Part shown: positions 8,047-17,480 of the stretch, one piece after another
How positions within the stretch are numbered: position 1 is the stretch's first letter
Layout: each line of letters begins with the position of its first letter
Assembly (NCBI GenBank): GCA_963715865.1
Contig: OY970280.1
Span: 2,048,001-2,112,000 of the forward strand
Length of the DNA stretch: 64,000 nucleotides
DNA from: Candidatus Bathyarchaeota archaeon
Lineage (GTDB): Archaea > Thermoproteota > Bathyarchaeia > Bathyarchaeales > Bathycorpusculaceae
Direction of reading: 5' to 3'
The notes under the pieces: generated by a model
The model's input: the letters and a program-made list of their open reading frames with translations, nothing else
Told to the model about the DNA's origin: nothing
The model's database searches: none
Translations under genes and position numbers: made by a program

Positions 8047-9396
8047 TTGAGGAAACACCACTTGCCAATCTTACCCATCGATACTGGTCGTTATGGAACG
8101 CCAGAAATGCTCAAAATATTCGAAGAAGAAAACCGTGTTCAAAAACTGCTTGATGTTGAAGCTGCCTTAGCTTTGGCACACGCTGAAGTAGGCAATATTC
8201 CAAAGAAAGATGCTGAAAAAATCGCTGCGATGGCTTCCACCAAGTACGTTAGAGTTGAACGCGTGAAAGCGATTGAAAAAGAAATCAAGCATGATATTGC
8301 CTCGCTTGTTCGTGCGCTCTCTGAGGTTTGTGGTCCAAGCGGCGCCTATGTGCATTTGGGCGCAACAAGCTATGACATCGTAGACACTGCCAACGCGTTA
8401 CAGCTAAAGGATGCTTTAGGGCTTATCGAGGAAAAGCTAGCCGATTTGAAGGGAATATTGAAAAAGCAAGCGGCTCAGCATAAAGGAACGATAATGATTG
8501 GCAGAACCCACGGGCAACACGCCTTGCCGATTACTTTGGGCTTTAAGTTTGCGGTTTGGGGCTATGAAGTTAACAGGCACCTTGAACGGTTAAACGAATG
8601 CAAAAAACGCGTTTTAGTCGGAAAAGTAAGCGGCGCAGTGGGGACGCAAGCAGGCTTAGGCGAACATGCCGAAACGATTCAGGAGCTTGTAATGAAAAGG
8701 CTTGGTCTTCGTACGGCTGAGATTTCGACGCAGATTGTTCAGAGAGACCGTTACGCCGAGCTTGTATGTATTTACGCTATGGTTGCTTCCTCGCTGGAGA
8801 ATTTCGCAACCGAAATACGGGAACTGCAAAGGCCTGAAATTGGCGAACTTTTTGAAGCGTTTGAGGCTAAGAAGCAGGTCGGCAGTTCCACGATGCCTCA
8901 CAAGCAGAATCCTGAAACATGCGAGAGAGTCTGCGGTTTAGCCCGAATCGTCCGAAGCCTCAGCACTCCGGCATTGGAAGACATGATTACGTGGCACGAA
9001 AGAGATTTAACTCAATCCTCGGCGGAACGGTTTATTCTGCCAGAATCTTGCATTCTGCTTGATTACATGCTTAATTTGATATGTAATATTGTGGCTAATT
9101 TGCGAGTTGATGGCCAGCGGATGCTACAGAACGTGTCGTTGACGCAGGGACGCGCCATGTCTGAAGCCGTAATGATGGCGTTGACAAAGAAAGGCGTGAA
9201 CAGGCAAGAAGCACACGAGTTACTAAGGAAACTAACAATCCAAAGTGCACAGGAAAAACGGGACTTCAAGCAAGTTCTCCTCCAAGACAAATTCGTAAGC
9301 AGCAAACTAACAGAGAAAGAAATAGACCAAGCACTAAACCCGAAAAATTATTTGGGCACAGCAATTAAACAAGCGGAAAAATTTGCCAAAAGCTAA
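8047..9396 (+). CDS. purB: Adenylosuccinate lyase
   Basis: GRTHGQHA, GSSTMPHKQNP signature. Confidence 0.97.
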   Translation: MRKHHLPILPIDTGRYGTPEMLKIFEEENRVQKLLDVEAALALAHAEVGNIPKKDAEKIAAMASTKYVRVERVKAIEKEIKHDIASLVRALSEVCGPSGAYVHLGATSYDIVDTANALQLKDALGLIEEKLADLKGILKKQAAQHKGTIMIGRTHGQHALPITLGFKFAVWGYEVNRHLERLNECKKRVLVGKVSGAVGTQAGLGEHAETIQELVMKRLGLRTAEISTQIVQRDRYAELVCIYAMVASSLENFATEIRELQRPEIGELFEAFEAKKQVGSSTMPHKQNPETCERVCGLARIVRSLSTPALEDMITWHERDLTQSSAERFILPESCILLDYMLNLICNIVANLRVDGQRMLQNVSLTQGRAMSEAVMMALTKKGVNRQEAHELLRKLTIQSAQEKRDFKQVLLQDKFVSSKLTEKEIDQALNPKNYLGTAIKQAEKFAKS

Positions 9397-9398
9397 AA

Positions 9399-11663
9399 CT
9401 AAAAATCTGAAAGCGCCTTTTGGCTAAATTCTTGCTCTCTATCAAGTTTTTCCCAAGTGTCCTTTTTAACGAAACCGCCGACTTGCTCCTTAATTTTCTT
9501 AGCCAACCGTGGCCCCACAAGCGGCAAATTCGTTAAATCCTCAACCGCCGCATGCTTTATGTCCTCAATTGTCTTGTATCCTGCATTGTACATTATGCGT
9601 CCGCGGACTCTGCCTACGCCTTCCAGCTTAACAATAGGCAATAGCTCCTTCTTTATGCCTTTAGAAACCCTCTCCACCAACTCGTTAGTTAGCGGTAAAA
9701 CTTCTTTTTCTCCGAAAAGTGCAGCTAACTCGTCGGTAGCGTGAAGCAGCCACTTCGCATTCTCAATGGTTCTGTATAAGTCGCCAGGTTGCACTCCGAA
9801 CTGTTCAATCAGTTTTTCTTCGCTGATTTCCTCAATCCAATTCTTCATTACCACAGCAGTTTTGATTTCACCAAGGAACTCTTCATACGAGAAATGGTCA
9901 GCCCACTCGTTTGGAACATCAGTGAACAATTCATCTTTGTGCTCTTCAAGTTGAACCGCCAGAGCATCAAACTCTCTTGCGTACGGCCTCATTACTGGAC
10001 CCATGTCAGGCGTGTGAGAAATCAAATGAAGCAAACCAAAATCTGTTAGGTAAGCGGGCTTGTTTCTTAAGGCGTCGCGGATTACAACTGCTGAGAGCGG
10101 GTCAATGTAGAGTTCACTTACACGCTTCCCAAACCGAGTGGCGAAAATATTTTCTCCGCTTAAATCAATCATTTGCTCTTCATAGAGGTACTTTAGGATT
10201 TTAGCGATAATGCCCTTTATCGCTTTCACATCGTATTGGTAAGCGTAGAAGGTTTTGCCGAAGAACTCGTAAATCCCATTTTCCGTGTGAGCGAAATCTG
10301 AGGCAACTGTTGCCAAAACGTGGCCTCGAATTATTTTTTCAACCGCCAGCCTAGACCAAATCCGTTCAGGTTTAGATAGAACGTAGCTTTCCATTAAGTA
10401 ATCTGCTTCATCCGAGGTCTTAGCAATAAGGATTGATTCGCCTACCTTGTCATATTTCGGTCTGCCAGCCCTGCCCGCCATCTGCTTATACTCTAACACG
10501 CTGATTGGATAGTTTCCGTAGCCTGGCTCAAAACGCCTGTAATCCTGAATGATAACCGTTCGCGCTGGAAGGTTAACGCCGAACGCTAACGTGGGCGTGG
10601 CGGTTAACACTTTGATTTTTCCCTCCTTAAACGAATCCTCAATCAGCTTACGATGCGCGCCAGCTAATCCTGCATGGTGAAAAGCGGTGCCGCACCGCAC
10701 AAGCCCGGCAAGGATTTCGCTAATTTGGGTTCGTTCGCCCGCTGACAGGATTTTTTCGGCTTCATGCTCCAGCGTTCGCTTCATAGGCTTAGATAAAACT
10801 TCGCCTGTGTGTTGGGCAATGGTTTTTGCGGCTGAAACCGAGTTTTTTCTTGTTGAAGCGAAAACTAAAGCTTGACCGCCATTCTTCAGCGTGTTCAAGA
10901 CAAGGTTTATGGTTGGGTACCGTGTTTTCTTTTCAATTTTTCTTGCGTCTCCATCCTTGTACTGGATTTCCTCGTTTAAAATCACGCCTTCTTTAAGCGG
11001 GACTGGGCGCCACTCAGTAACAATGTAGCTTGCTTTTAGCCATGAGGCGATTTCGTCAACGTTGCTTATGGTGGCGCTTAACGCTAAAACTTGAATGTCA
11101 GGATTAACCTGCAGAAGCCTAGCCAAAACCACTTCGAGTGTTGGTCCGCGTTCCGCCTCGTTTAAAAGATGAATCTCATCCGCCACAACAAGCGAGATAT
11201 CGTCCATCCATTTGGCTCTGTGCCGCAGAAGCGAATCTGCCTTCTCATTCGTGGTAACTATAATGTCATAGCGTTCAAGCCAAGTGTCAGCAGTGTCAAA
11301 ATCGCCAGTGCTAATGCCAACACTGACTTTTCTGCCGTCAGGCTTCCTGATGGACGAGTATTTTCTGAATTCTTCAAACTTTTCGCTTGCCAACGCTCGA
11401 AGCGGTGAGAGGTAAATTACTTTGCCATTCTTCTCCAGCACATGCTTGAGACCGCAGAGTTCAGCAATCAACGTTTTCCCTGACGCCGTGGGGCTGGCTA
11501 GAACGATGTTTTTGCCTTCAAGCACTCCTGCCCGTATGGCTTCTTCTTGAGGCGGAAACAACTCCGTCATCCCCAAGTTAAGCAGTATCTCCTTGACTTG
11601 TTCTGGAACGGGCAACTCTGCAATTTTCAACTTAAACTCGCCATCAACTGTTATTTTTATCAC
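9399..11663 (-). CDS. hel308: Ski2-like ATP-dependent DNA helicase Hel308/Hjm
   Basis: PTASGKT, DEIH, QMAGRAGRP, C-terminal HhH. Confidence 0.95.
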   Translation of the reverse strand: MIKITVDGEFKLKIAELPVPEQVKEILLNLGMTELFPPQEEAIRAGVLEGKNIVLASPTASGKTLIAELCGLKHVLEKNGKVIYLSPLRALASEKFEEFRKYSSIRKPDGRKVSVGISTGDFDTADTWLERYDIIVTTNEKADSLLRHRAKWMDDISLVVADEIHLLNEAERGPTLEVVLARLLQVNPDIQVLALSATISNVDEIASWLKASYIVTEWRPVPLKEGVILNEEIQYKDGDARKIEKKTRYPTINLVLNTLKNGGQALVFASTRKNSVSAAKTIAQHTGEVLSKPMKRTLEHEAEKILSAGERTQISEILAGLVRCGTAFHHAGLAGAHRKLIEDSFKEGKIKVLTATPTLAFGVNLPARTVIIQDYRRFEPGYGNYPISVLEYKQMAGRAGRPKYDKVGESILIAKTSDEADYLMESYVLSKPERIWSRLAVEKIIRGHVLATVASDFAHTENGIYEFFGKTFYAYQYDVKAIKGIIAKILKYLYEEQMIDLSGENIFATRFGKRVSELYIDPLSAVVIRDALRNKPAYLTDFGLLHLISHTPDMGPVMRPYAREFDALAVQLEEHKDELFTDVPNEWADHFSYEEFLGEIKTAVVMKNWIEEISEEKLIEQFGVQPGDLYRTIENAKWLLHATDELAALFGEKEVLPLTNELVERVSKGIKKELLPIVKLEGVGRVRGRIMYNAGYKTIEDIKHAAVEDLTNLPLVGPRLAKKIKEQVGGFVKKDTWEKLDREQEFSQKALSDF

Positions 11664-11790
11664 ATATAAAACGAGCTAATTAATAGTGTTAGCCATAGCG
11701 AAAGCGATTTTTTCAGCTACATTTTTCTATTTGAACTAGTTATTACAAGGTAACGAGTTATCTATCCCAAAATAACAGGTAGGATACTGT

Positions 11791-13014
11791 ATGGTTGAAA
11801 ACGTGAAAGAACTACTCAAACTGCACGAAGGCATAAAACACGAAGTTTACTTAGACAACGAGAACTCAAGCATAGTCCCCAAGGAAGTAGTGGACGCTAT
11901 GCTGCCCTACTTTGACCAGAAAGCCTACGGCAACCCGACGCTTACGCATAAGCCCGGGTGGGAAGCCTTCGAAGTAATAATGAACAGTTTCCAGAAAATC
12001 AGCAAGTTCATGGGCGCAAAAATCCTGGAAGAAATCACCTTCACCCCAAGCGAAACAGAAGCAAACAACCTAGCCATCATGGGCTCAGCGTTCGCCATGA
12101 AAAACAAAGGCAAAAAAATCATCATCTCCGAAATTGAACCAATCAACGTGCTGCAGGTTGCTGAGATGATGCAAAAGTTCGGTTTCACAACCACAAAAAT
12201 CCCAGTTGACCACGAAGGTTTCATCAACCTTGAAAAACTCAAAGAGGCAGTTGACAATGAAACAATACTTGTCAGCGTTTCAGCTGTGAACAACGAGATT
12301 GGTACAGTGCAGCCGATTAAGGAAGCGGTTGATATTGTTAAAGCCAAAAACCCGCAAGCGCTCTTCCACACAGACGCTTCAGATGCTTACGGCAGAATTC
12401 CCTTTAACGTGCAAAACCTAAACGTAGATTTAGCCACAATAAGCAGCTACAAGATTCAGGGTCCACGCGGAATGGGCGCAATGTACCTGCGCGAAGGCAT
12501 AAACTTTGAACGCATCCTTGAGGGGCAAATTGGGACACAGAAGCTTTGGCCAGGAGTCGAAAACACACCCTTAATCGTTGGTTTCACCAAGGCTTCCGAG
12601 CTTGCGTTCCAAAATTTCGACGCAAACACCGCTAAGATGCGAACGTTGCGCGATAAGCTTGTTGACGGCATATTCGCTGAACTCACCGACCTGCGCTTTA
12701 ACGGTCCAAAGGGTGATAAGCGGTCACCAGACAACGCCAACGTCAGCATTTTACGAGCTGAAGGTGAAGCGTTAACCATTGAGTTAAGCCTCAAAGGCGT
12801 TTACGTTTCCAGCGGCAGCGCATGCAGCCGAAGACTGCTTCAGCCTAGCCACGTTCTTGTTGCCATTGGTCGCAGGTTCAGTGAAGCACATGGCAGTATA
12901 CTCATGAAAACCACTCGGTACCTTACAGAAGAGGATATAGCTTACGTTTTGGAAGTGTTACCAACGGCTGTGAACCGTATAAGAGGGATAGTTGGCTCTA
13001 CAGGAGTTGATTAA
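11791..13014 (+). CDS. iscS: Cysteine desulfurase, group I (IscS/NifS-like)
   Basis: SSYKIQGPRG (PLP Lys), SSGSACS (catalytic Cys). Confidence 0.88.
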   Translation: MVENVKELLKLHEGIKHEVYLDNENSSIVPKEVVDAMLPYFDQKAYGNPTLTHKPGWEAFEVIMNSFQKISKFMGAKILEEITFTPSETEANNLAIMGSAFAMKNKGKKIIISEIEPINVLQVAEMMQKFGFTTTKIPVDHEGFINLEKLKEAVDNETILVSVSAVNNEIGTVQPIKEAVDIVKAKNPQALFHTDASDAYGRIPFNVQNLNVDLATISSYKIQGPRGMGAMYLREGINFERILEGQIGTQKLWPGVENTPLIVGFTKASELAFQNFDANTAKMRTLRDKLVDGIFAELTDLRFNGPKGDKRSPDNANVSILRAEGEALTIELSLKGVYVSSGSACSRRLLQPSHVLVAIGRRFSEAHGSILMKTTRYLTEEDIAYVLEVLPTAVNRIRGIVGSTGVD

Positions 13015-13017
13015 AAA

Positions 13018-13524
13018 GTGTCGCGTATACCGTTACCTTACAACCCAAAAGTTATGGATTTATTCAGGAACCCTAAGAATCTTGGAAAAATGGAAGATGC
13101 AACAGTAGTAGCTGTGGCGGGAAACCCTGCTTGCGGAGATATGATTACTTTCTATTTGAAAATTAATGATAAGGAAGTTATTGAGAGGGCAAGTTTCGAA
13201 AGCTATGGCTGCGCCGCAAACATTGCCACTTCAAGTATAGTTACTGAAATGGTTAAAGGTCTAAGCCTTGAAGCTTCATGGAAAGAAATTACTTGGAAGA
13301 GAGTAACTGAGGAAATCGGCGGATTACCAAGCGTCAAATTCCACTGCGGAGTACTCGCTGTAGGCGCCTTAAAACGTGCAATCAGAAAGTATTATCAAGA
13401 AAAAGGCGGCGCCGTTCCCAGTTGGTTGCCAAACGAACATACTTTCGAAGAGAAACAGGCGTTGGAAGAAGAAGAGTTGGCAAAGATGCTGTCCAAGAGG
13501 CTAAAGATAGAGGAAGAAAAATAA
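13018..13524 (+). CDS. iscU: Fe-S cluster scaffold IscU/NifU
   Basis: NPACGD, GCAA, KFHC. Confidence 0.92.
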   Translation: MSRIPLPYNPKVMDLFRNPKNLGKMEDATVVAVAGNPACGDMITFYLKINDKEVIERASFESYGCAANIATSSIVTEMVKGLSLEASWKEITWKRVTEEIGGLPSVKFHCGVLAVGALKRAIRKYYQEKGGAVPSWLPNEHTFEEKQALEEEELAKMLSKRLKIEEEK

Positions 13525-13526
13525 TC

Positions 13527-14759
13527 GTGGATATTGAAGCGATTCGCCAAGATTTTCCAATACTAAAACGAAAAATAAACAACAGCCCCCTAATTTATTT
13601 TGATAATGCTGCAACTACCCAGAAGCCCCGCCAAGTAATAAACGCCATAAGCGACTTTTATGAAAACCACAATGCCAACGTGCACAGAGCAGTCCATACC
13701 CTGTCTTTAGAAGCAACAGATTTTTATGAGAAGTCGCGGGAAAAAATCGCAAAATTCATCAACGCAAAAGACTGGCCGGAAATTGTTTTTGTTAGGGGTA
13801 CAACGGAAGCCATCAATTTAGTTGCGTATTCTTGGGGGCTAAGCAACCTAGGGAAGGGTGACGAGGTTTTAGTTTCCTTAATGGAGCACCATAGTAATAT
13901 TGTTCCATGGGAAATCACATCTAAACTAAAGGGTTTCACAATAAAATACGCTAAAGTAAATGCTGATGCCACGTTAGATTATGACGATTTTGAAAGCAAA
14001 TTTTCCAGTAAGACAAAGATTGCCTGTTTAAGCCATGTTTCAAACGTTACAGGCGTAATTAACGATGTCAAACGAATTGCTAAGGTTGCACATGATAATG
14101 GCGCTTTAATGCTGGTTGATGGCGCGCAGTCTGTGCCGCATTTGGCTGTTGATGTTCAGGATTTAGATATGGATTTTCTGGCTTTTTCAGGACACAAAAT
14201 GTTAGGACCAACAGGCATCGGAGTGCTTTACGGCAAAAAAGAACTGCTTGAAAAGATGCAACCATTCCAAGGTGGGGGAGAAATGATAAAGGAAGTAGCT
14301 TTTAGCCAAGGCAAAGGCTGTAGCATAATATGGAATGACCCGCCATGGAAATTTGAAGCAGGCACACCTAACATTTGCGGCGCGGTTGGTTTAGCAGAAG
14401 CCGTGAAGTATCTTGAAGCTGTAGGTATGGATGAGGTGCTAAACCACGAGAAAGCGTTAACTAAGTATGCAGTTGAACGCATGAAAGAATGCAGCAAAGT
14501 TACAATTTATGGTTCCAACGACCTTTCTAAGAAATGCGGCATAATACCCTTCACCGTTAAGGGATTATCATCGCATGATGTTGCTCTCATCTGTGACAAT
14601 TACGGCATAATGATACGAAGCGGTTTCCATTGTGCACAACCGTTACATCAACAAGTTCTCAAGCTTCCATCCTCTGACCGGGCAAGCTTTTACATTTACA
14701 ACACAAAAGAGGAAATTGACCGTTTCATTGAAGTTTTAAAGGAGATTGAACAGCTCTAA
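13527..14759 (+). CDS. sufS: Cysteine desulfurase, group II (SufS-like)
   Basis: YFDNAATTQKP, FSGHKMLGPTG, RSGFHCAQP; GTG start at 13527 chosen just after the iscU stop. Confidence 0.93.
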   Translation: MDIEAIRQDFPILKRKINNSPLIYFDNAATTQKPRQVINAISDFYENHNANVHRAVHTLSLEATDFYEKSREKIAKFINAKDWPEIVFVRGTTEAINLVAYSWGLSNLGKGDEVLVSLMEHHSNIVPWEITSKLKGFTIKYAKVNADATLDYDDFESKFSSKTKIACLSHVSNVTGVINDVKRIAKVAHDNGALMLVDGAQSVPHLAVDVQDLDMDFLAFSGHKMLGPTGIGVLYGKKELLEKMQPFQGGGEMIKEVAFSQGKGCSIIWNDPPWKFEAGTPNICGAVGLAEAVKYLEAVGMDEVLNHEKALTKYAVERMKECSKVTIYGSNDLSKKCGIIPFTVKGLSSHDVALICDNYGIMIRSGFHCAQPLHQQVLKLPSSDRASFYIYNTKEEIDRFIEVLKEIEQL

Positions 14760-15028
14760 TGGTTTCTGTTGAAGATTACGTGGCGCGAATTGAAGGAACA
14801 TGCGGTGAAGAAAAAGACGTTATAGTAGTTTTCAAATACGACAAGAAGGATGAAGCCATCGCCAACATTTTAAAGAAAGCCAAATTGAAAAACACCATAG
14901 CTGGGATAATTTTTGAATTAACGTTCCAAGACATATCTTTTCGTCTTTACACGAGTGGAAAAGCTATCTTTCGAAGCATAAAAAACAAGGAAGAACTGAA
15001 CAAACTTTTAGCTAGCCTTCTGCTTTAA
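14759..15028 (+). CDS. Small hypothetical protein coupled to sufS
   Basis: ORF track; 1-nt overlap with sufS stop; single Cys (EGTCG); C-terminus FRLYTSGKAIF resembles a TBP-like fold. Confidence 0.65.
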   Translation: MVSVEDYVARIEGTCGEEKDVIVVFKYDKKDEAIANILKKAKLKNTIAGIIFELTFQDISFRLYTSGKAIFRSIKNKEELNKLLASLLL

Positions 15029-15061
15029 TGCGTTCAAAAAAAGTCTTTGTTTTTTTAGCTG

Positions 15062-16564
15062 TCACTTGGATAAACGAAGTTTCAATCGCATCTTATTTCT
15101 ACTCGCCCAATTCAAAATAGGAATAAGCGGATACTTCACAGACTGCGGCAACGCATCTTTAAATTCCCTGTGCAATCCCAATCTTATGGCTAGCCTTCCT
15201 TTCCGCGTTATAGGTACGTAGTAACGTGTTATCGGGAATCTAACAAAGCCATTGCTTCCTTTGAACCTATCAAGTGATGGGTGGTTTCCTATTCTTCCGT
15301 ACATAAGCCAACGCGTGCCGTTGGATGCGCAGACTTCAACAGCTTTGGCAAGAAGCGCGTTGCTAACAGCTTTATCCCAGTGCTTCTGCATCGAAAGTAT
15401 CTGGGAAATGACAGCTATGTTGTCGCCGTAAATTATTTGGATGAATCCTACAAGCTCGTCTTGCAAAAAAGCGCCGATGAACGTGGAGTTTTGGGCTGCA
15501 AACATGTTACCAGTCACTGTTTCAAGCGACTCACCATAGTGTGGAAAAGCTCGCTCCTGCCGTATTGGGGTTTCATTGTAAATCTTCCAAATACCTTCAG
15601 CAAATTTCTCGCTTGGCTGGACGACAGTTACTTTTATGCCGCTTTTCTCCGCCCGCCGAACCATGTTGCGTGTCTTCTTTCCAGCGGCGTTCCACCAACT
15701 GGCATAGTCTTTTATTTCAAGCAACCCAATATTATCGTCCGCTTTTATCCAAGTGCTTGGCGGATTAGGGATTGAGCAACACCATTTTCTATCAAGAAAA
15801 GTGAAAATATCTATGCCTCTTTCGCCTAGTTTCTCAATGAACGCATCTGTGGGAATAATATTTCCTTCGTACTCTTTGATGTCATGGGCTATTTTGACGA
15901 AAGCTTTCTTTCTTATCCTTAAAGTTTCAAGCTCCTTGTCCACTTCTAAAATACCTTTTAACACATCGTAAAATGGTCCTCTACGGTTTTTTTCTCCCTT
16001 CTTAAAGAGCCAATCAGGATGAATAGATAACACATGATTTAGATTAATCCATTCTTCAGCTTCTTTTTTAGCGCCATCTAAACCAAGCTCATAACATACA
16101 GTGTCTAAACTATTGGTAGTAAAATCATGGAAGGATTTTAATGGGAAATCGCTTGGAACCTTAGCTTGCCTCTCCCCAAGTTTTCGTCTCCACAATAACT
16201 GGGCAAACAATCGTGAGGTTCCATGAATGGTATAGTAATTTACTTTCCGTTTGGTTTCATTCTCCAAGATTTTCCATTCGCGATAGGGGTTGTTTGCAAC
16301 GTGCAGAGCTACCTCATGCCGCTGGGGGTTTAGCAAATCGAGCAGTTTTTTGTCTGGAATTGTGTATGGTGTAAAGAACCAGTGAGCCATAACTTGTTTT
16401 GGCGATTCGTTAATCATCTTAGCAATGACTCGAGCATTTTTCAGGTAATCCTTGCTTTTTCTCTTGTTGATTCCCAAAGCTATGTACAGAAAGCTTTTAG
16501 CCCTCGATGGGTAAGGGTAATCCACATCCAATCTTAGCTTTATCATTACTTCTTCATTTGCCAA
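15062..16564 (-). CDS. Polysaccharide deacetylase-like domain fused to FemAB/GNAT-like acyltransferase domain
   Basis: LRLDVD...HEVALH...TIHG N-terminus; KKTRNMVRRAEKSG...GAFLQDELVG...SLDRFKGSNG C-terminus. Confidence 0.7.
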   Translation of the reverse strand: MANEEVMIKLRLDVDYPYPSRAKSFLYIALGINKRKSKDYLKNARVIAKMINESPKQVMAHWFFTPYTIPDKKLLDLLNPQRHEVALHVANNPYREWKILENETKRKVNYYTIHGTSRLFAQLLWRRKLGERQAKVPSDFPLKSFHDFTTNSLDTVCYELGLDGAKKEAEEWINLNHVLSIHPDWLFKKGEKNRRGPFYDVLKGILEVDKELETLRIRKKAFVKIAHDIKEYEGNIIPTDAFIEKLGERGIDIFTFLDRKWCCSIPNPPSTWIKADDNIGLLEIKDYASWWNAAGKKTRNMVRRAEKSGIKVTVVQPSEKFAEGIWKIYNETPIRQERAFPHYGESLETVTGNMFAAQNSTFIGAFLQDELVGFIQIIYGDNIAVISQILSMQKHWDKAVSNALLAKAVEVCASNGTRWLMYGRIGNHPSLDRFKGSNGFVRFPITRYYVPITRKGRLAIRLGLHREFKDALPQSVKYPLIPILNWASRNKMRLKLRLSK

Positions 16565-17037
16565 TTAAGTTGAATCTCCAGTTCAGTTACATTAGCACCA
16601 TTCAAACGTTTTTTGCAATGATTTAATCTTTACTTACTTCTTTTATGAAAATTTATCTATTCCCCTTTAAGCCACCTTTTTTCTATGCATCTGCTTCTGG
16701 AAACGGTTAACAACTTTCTGGAAGTCATACTCTTTAGCAGTAAGCGACTGTTTCAAACCAGCCGATAATGAAGTCTATCATCAGTAATTAACTTATGATT
16801 TTAATATACCAGCCTCTTGGCAAGTTCAAAGATGAAGCGTGCGCCACCGGCTAAACCTAAACTTAAACTGTTAAAGTTTATATGCATATCTTTTCCCGAT
16901 TCTGTTAACTCTTAGGGGCTTGCGAGTTTTACTGAGAGGTTGTTAACCGGCGGGGCTTCTCATGCTTTTATAGACTGAATTTTGTCTATGAAAGGATTTT
17001 TATTTAAACGTATTACCTATTCGTTAGCAGAACTATC

Positions 17038-17340
17038 ATGAGCAAAGAGTTGCGGGCGCGTTCTGCACGTTACATGCAGTTTTCAATCTACTTAGTTACA
17101 TCTCGTAGTCCTATCCCGTTGTGGAATAACTTCCAGCCTAAAATACGCCAAATACTCAATCCAAGAGAGAAAAGAAAAATGAGCCAACTTCTGATGCCCT
17201 ACTTTAAGAACAAAACAGGAATTTGCATTGGCGGTGCAATATTTTGGGAATTTAATGAATACTTAAAACATGCCAAACAAGTTATAAACGTAGATATAAC
17301 GCCAATCCCCGCTGGACCGCCCGTCACTCCAGAGCTATGA
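17038..17340 (+). pseudogene. Possible truncated SAM-methyltransferase N-terminal fragment
   Basis: GICIGG...VINVDITP then premature stop. Confidence 0.3.
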
Positions 17341-17480
17341 ACAATTATAGAGTTAGATTATTAAACTTTGATTGCATGTCTAAATGCCTCGTGCTTATAA
17401 AAGAGATGGATAATTTTTAAAAAAAATTGCCAGAATTAAAAAGTGGTCAACTGGTTGCTTAGATTCTAGGTATCTATGTG

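Noticed and set aside
16660-16770. Minus-strand frame AGLKQSLTAKEYDFQKVVNRFQKQMHRKKVA, a possible gene tail
   Set aside because: No start or recognisable family; too short to assign
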